Positions 61,249 to 64,000 of a DNA stretch of 64,000 bases are shown here, piece after piece (positions within the stretch are counted from its first letter, which is position 1; each line of letters begins with the position of its first letter). Both the position numbers and the translations under genes were made by a program. The stretch is from Octopus sinensis. Taxonomy: Eukaryota. Under the pieces are notes generated by a model. The model was not told the origin of the DNA. It saw nothing but the letters and a program-made list of their open reading frames with translations, and did no database searches. The stretch is from assembly GCF_006345805.1 (NCBI RefSeq), contig NC_043008.1, positions 52,018,001 to 52,082,000 of the forward strand. Direction: 5' to 3'.

Positions 61249-64000
61249 CGCGAAGCTACTGTCCACCGTCCCAGGGTCTCTAGAGCCCATGCCTTCCACA
61301 CCCTCAGGGTTGGCACCCTCAGGGTTGGCACTCTGAAAGGTAGGTCTGGTGAGATAGTCGAGATGCTTGAACGGAGATGTGTGGATATATGTTGCATGCA
61401 AGAAATAAGGTGGAGAGGAGGATCAGCTAGGTTCCTCACAGGCAAGGAACGCAGGTACAAGATTTTCTGGGCAGGGAACACTGACGGGGTTGGTGGCGTG
61501 GGTATACTTATCGCTGAGAAATGGGTAGATAAAGTAATTGAGGTAATCAGAGTAAGTGACAGAATACTTAAGATTAGATTAGTGCTTCATCATAGTTTAG
61601 CAACCATTATATCAGCCTATGCTCCTCAGTCGGGGCTACCCGATGGACAGAAAGACCGATTCTATGACACTCTACTGCAGACTACCTCATTGACGAACGA
61701 CAGAGACCTTATCTTTGTGGCTGGTGACTTCAATGGTCACGTTGGACGACATGCTGGGGGCTTCCATGGCGTACATGGAGGCTATGGCTATGGCTCCCGC
61801 AACGAGGAGGGAACCAGGCTGCTGGAGTTCTGCGATGCAAATAATCTTATGATTTGCAACACTAACTTCAGGAAACCTACCAGCCACCTAGTCACTTACC
61901 AATCGGGCCAACATACCAGCCAAATTGACTACATCCTTACAAGGCAAAGGGAGAGATGGCTGCTTATAAATGCCAAAACCTTCCCAGGTGAAGAATGTAC
62001 CCCACAACATAGACTGGTAGTTAGTGACTTTAGGATCAGGACTAGGAGGACAACCAGAAGACGACAAATATGGAGAAGAAGGATCTGGAAGCTTAAAGAT
62101 CCTGCAAATGGACAGAGATTTAGGGACATATTACTTGAAGCCTCTGACGAAGTAGAAGGGGATAGAGCATCACAGGGGGTAGAAGACAGCTGGACGTTTC
62201 TAAGGGACAACCTGCTGAGAGCCACTGACCAGATCTGTGGCTGGTGCAAAGTCCCCTCTCGACCTAGAATAACGTGGTGGTGGAACAATATTGTAGACAG
62301 GGCTATTAGAGAAAAGAGACAGGCTTGGAAGGTCTGGAAAAATGGGGGTAGCAGGGAATTGTATCAGACTGCCAAAAGAGAAGCTAGGAGACAGGTTTAT
62401 TTAGCCAGAGGGGAAGCAGATAAGAAAAAATTTGCCAATGTTCTGCGCCGTGTTTCGTGTTGCAAGACAGTGTGTGAGAGAGAATCGTGATGTGGTAGGA
62501 GAGAAGTGTGTTCGCATGGAAGATGGTTCACTTGCGCTAAATGAGGATGCGAAGAGAGAGGTTTGGAGATGCCACTATGAAAGGTTGCTGAATGAAGAAA
62601 ATGAATGGGATAAAGAGAGTCTGCCGAATGTTGACCCAACAGAGGGACCAGCTATCCGAGTTGATAGTTCTGTGGTAGCTAAGGCAATTAGAAGCATGAA
62701 GACAGGGAAAGCCCCAGGCCCATCAGGAATCACTGCAGAGATGCTCAAAATGTCTGGTAGTGTCGGCTATAGCCTAGTCACCCATATAGTTAATCAGGTG
62801 ATACACAAAGGGGTCATACCCAATGACTGGTGTAGCAGTATAATAGTCAACTGCTACAAAGGTAAAGGTGATGCCCTAGATACAAATAACTACAGAGGTA
62901 TCAAGCTGTTGGACCAGGTGATGAAGGTTACGGAGAGGGTTATAGCCCAACTAATTAGAGAGAGAGTTAGTTTAGATGAGATGCAGTTTGGGTTTGTGCC
63001 AGGGAAAAGTACTACTGATGCTATATTCCTGGTAAGGCAGCTGCAGGAGAAATACCTAGCCAAAGATAAGCCCCTGTACCTGGCTTTTGTTGACATGGAG
63101 AAAGCCTTCGACAGGGTCCCCCGATCCCTTATCTGGTGGGCAATGAGAAAACTAGGGATAGATGAATGGTTAGTGAGAGCTGTGCGGGCCATGTATAGGG
63201 ACACCACTAGTAGGGTGAGGGTTGGAAATGAGTACAGTGAAGAATTCCGGGTAGAGGTAGGGGTCCACCAAGGCTCAGTACTCAGCCCCCTCCTATTTAT
63301 CATAGTCCTCCAGGCAATAACGGAGGAATTCAAGACAGGATGCCCTTGGGAGCTCCTCTATGCTGATGACCTTGCTCTAATTGCTGAGTCGCTATCAGAA
63401 CTGGAGGAGAAGTTTCAGGTGTGGAAACAAGGATTAGAATCGAAGGGCCTCAGAGTCAATCTAGCTAAAACCAAAGTCGTAATCAGTAGGAAGGTAGACA
63501 AATCACAAACACCTTCAGGTAGATGGCCCTGCTCGATCTGTAGAAAAGGTGTAGGTAGAAACTCTATAAGATGCACCAAGTGTAAGCTATGGACACATAA
63601 GAGATGCAGCAATGTCAAAGGAAGGCTAACTAGGAAGATGGTTTTTGTATGTGGCAGATGCTCAGGAACAATAAACACTGAAAATGCTCTGAGACCAACT
63701 TCCGTCACTTTCCAGGGAGAAAAACTAGAAATAGTTGATAGTTTCCGTTACCTAGGTGACCAAGTCAGCAGCGGGGGCGGGTGTGCTGAAAGTGTAACTG
63801 CTAGAGTAAGAATAGCTTGGGCAAAGTTCAGAGAGCTCTTACCTCTGCTGGTGACAAAAGGCCTCTCGCACAGAGTGAAAGGCAGACTGTATGATGCGTG
63901 TGTACGAACAGCCATGCTACATGGCAGTGAAACATGGGCCGTGACTGCTGAGGATATGCGTAAGCTCGCTAGAAATGAAGCCAGTATGCTCCGATGGATG
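61246..64000 (+). mobile_element. RTE-clade non-LTR retrotransposon ORF (AP endonuclease + reverse transcriptase + PHD-like finger); one frameshift near 62450; runs off the window end
   Basis: Frame 1 (61246-62450): endonuclease motifs DICCMQE, AGDFNGH, IDYIL, QHRLVVSDF. Frame 2 (62450-64000) is open by my translation: KAPGPSG, YRGIKLL, QFGFVPGKSTTDAIF, FVDMEKAFDRVP, GVHQGSVLSPLLF, LLYADDLAL, NLAKTK, FRYLG, LHGSETW. Confidence 0.96.

Noticed and set aside
61233-63708. Several antisense ORFs over the RTE element
   Set aside because: Shadow ORFs of a GC-richer coding strand, with no recognisable motifs.

Overview
AT-rich eukaryotic (animal) genomic DNA, not prokaryotic, so most of the ORF track is artefact. 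The repeat landscape resembles what I recall from Octopus/coleoid cephalopod genomes (tRNA-headed SINEs, RTE LINEs, Penelope-like fragments in (TA)n); this is unverified. One host gene is recognisable: the main coding exon of a SPRY-domain SOCS-box gene (gustavus / SPSB1-4 type) on the + strand. That exon spans 30001-30830 with CDS from 30131; its 5'UTR exon(s) and SOCS-box exon were not found, so most of the window is probably intron. The rest is transposon-derived. It includes a near-intact RTE LINE with a PHD finger inside the RT region (running off the right end), other RTE and CR1 fragments, three DD37D (maT-like), one Tc1 and one mariner remnant, hAT and piggyBac-like MITEs, Helitron-like pieces, several SINE families and many microsatellites. 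The most notable observations cluster around the gus/SPSB exon. First, if back-spliced, the 830-nt exon forms one ORF around the whole circle whose stop overlaps its own start (TAATG), and the exon is flanked by inverted young SINEs. Second, a near-perfect 415-bp palindrome with a hammerhead-ribozyme-like fold lies 275 bp upstream of the acceptor. Third, an unexplained duplicated 128-bp two-hairpin element lies further upstream.
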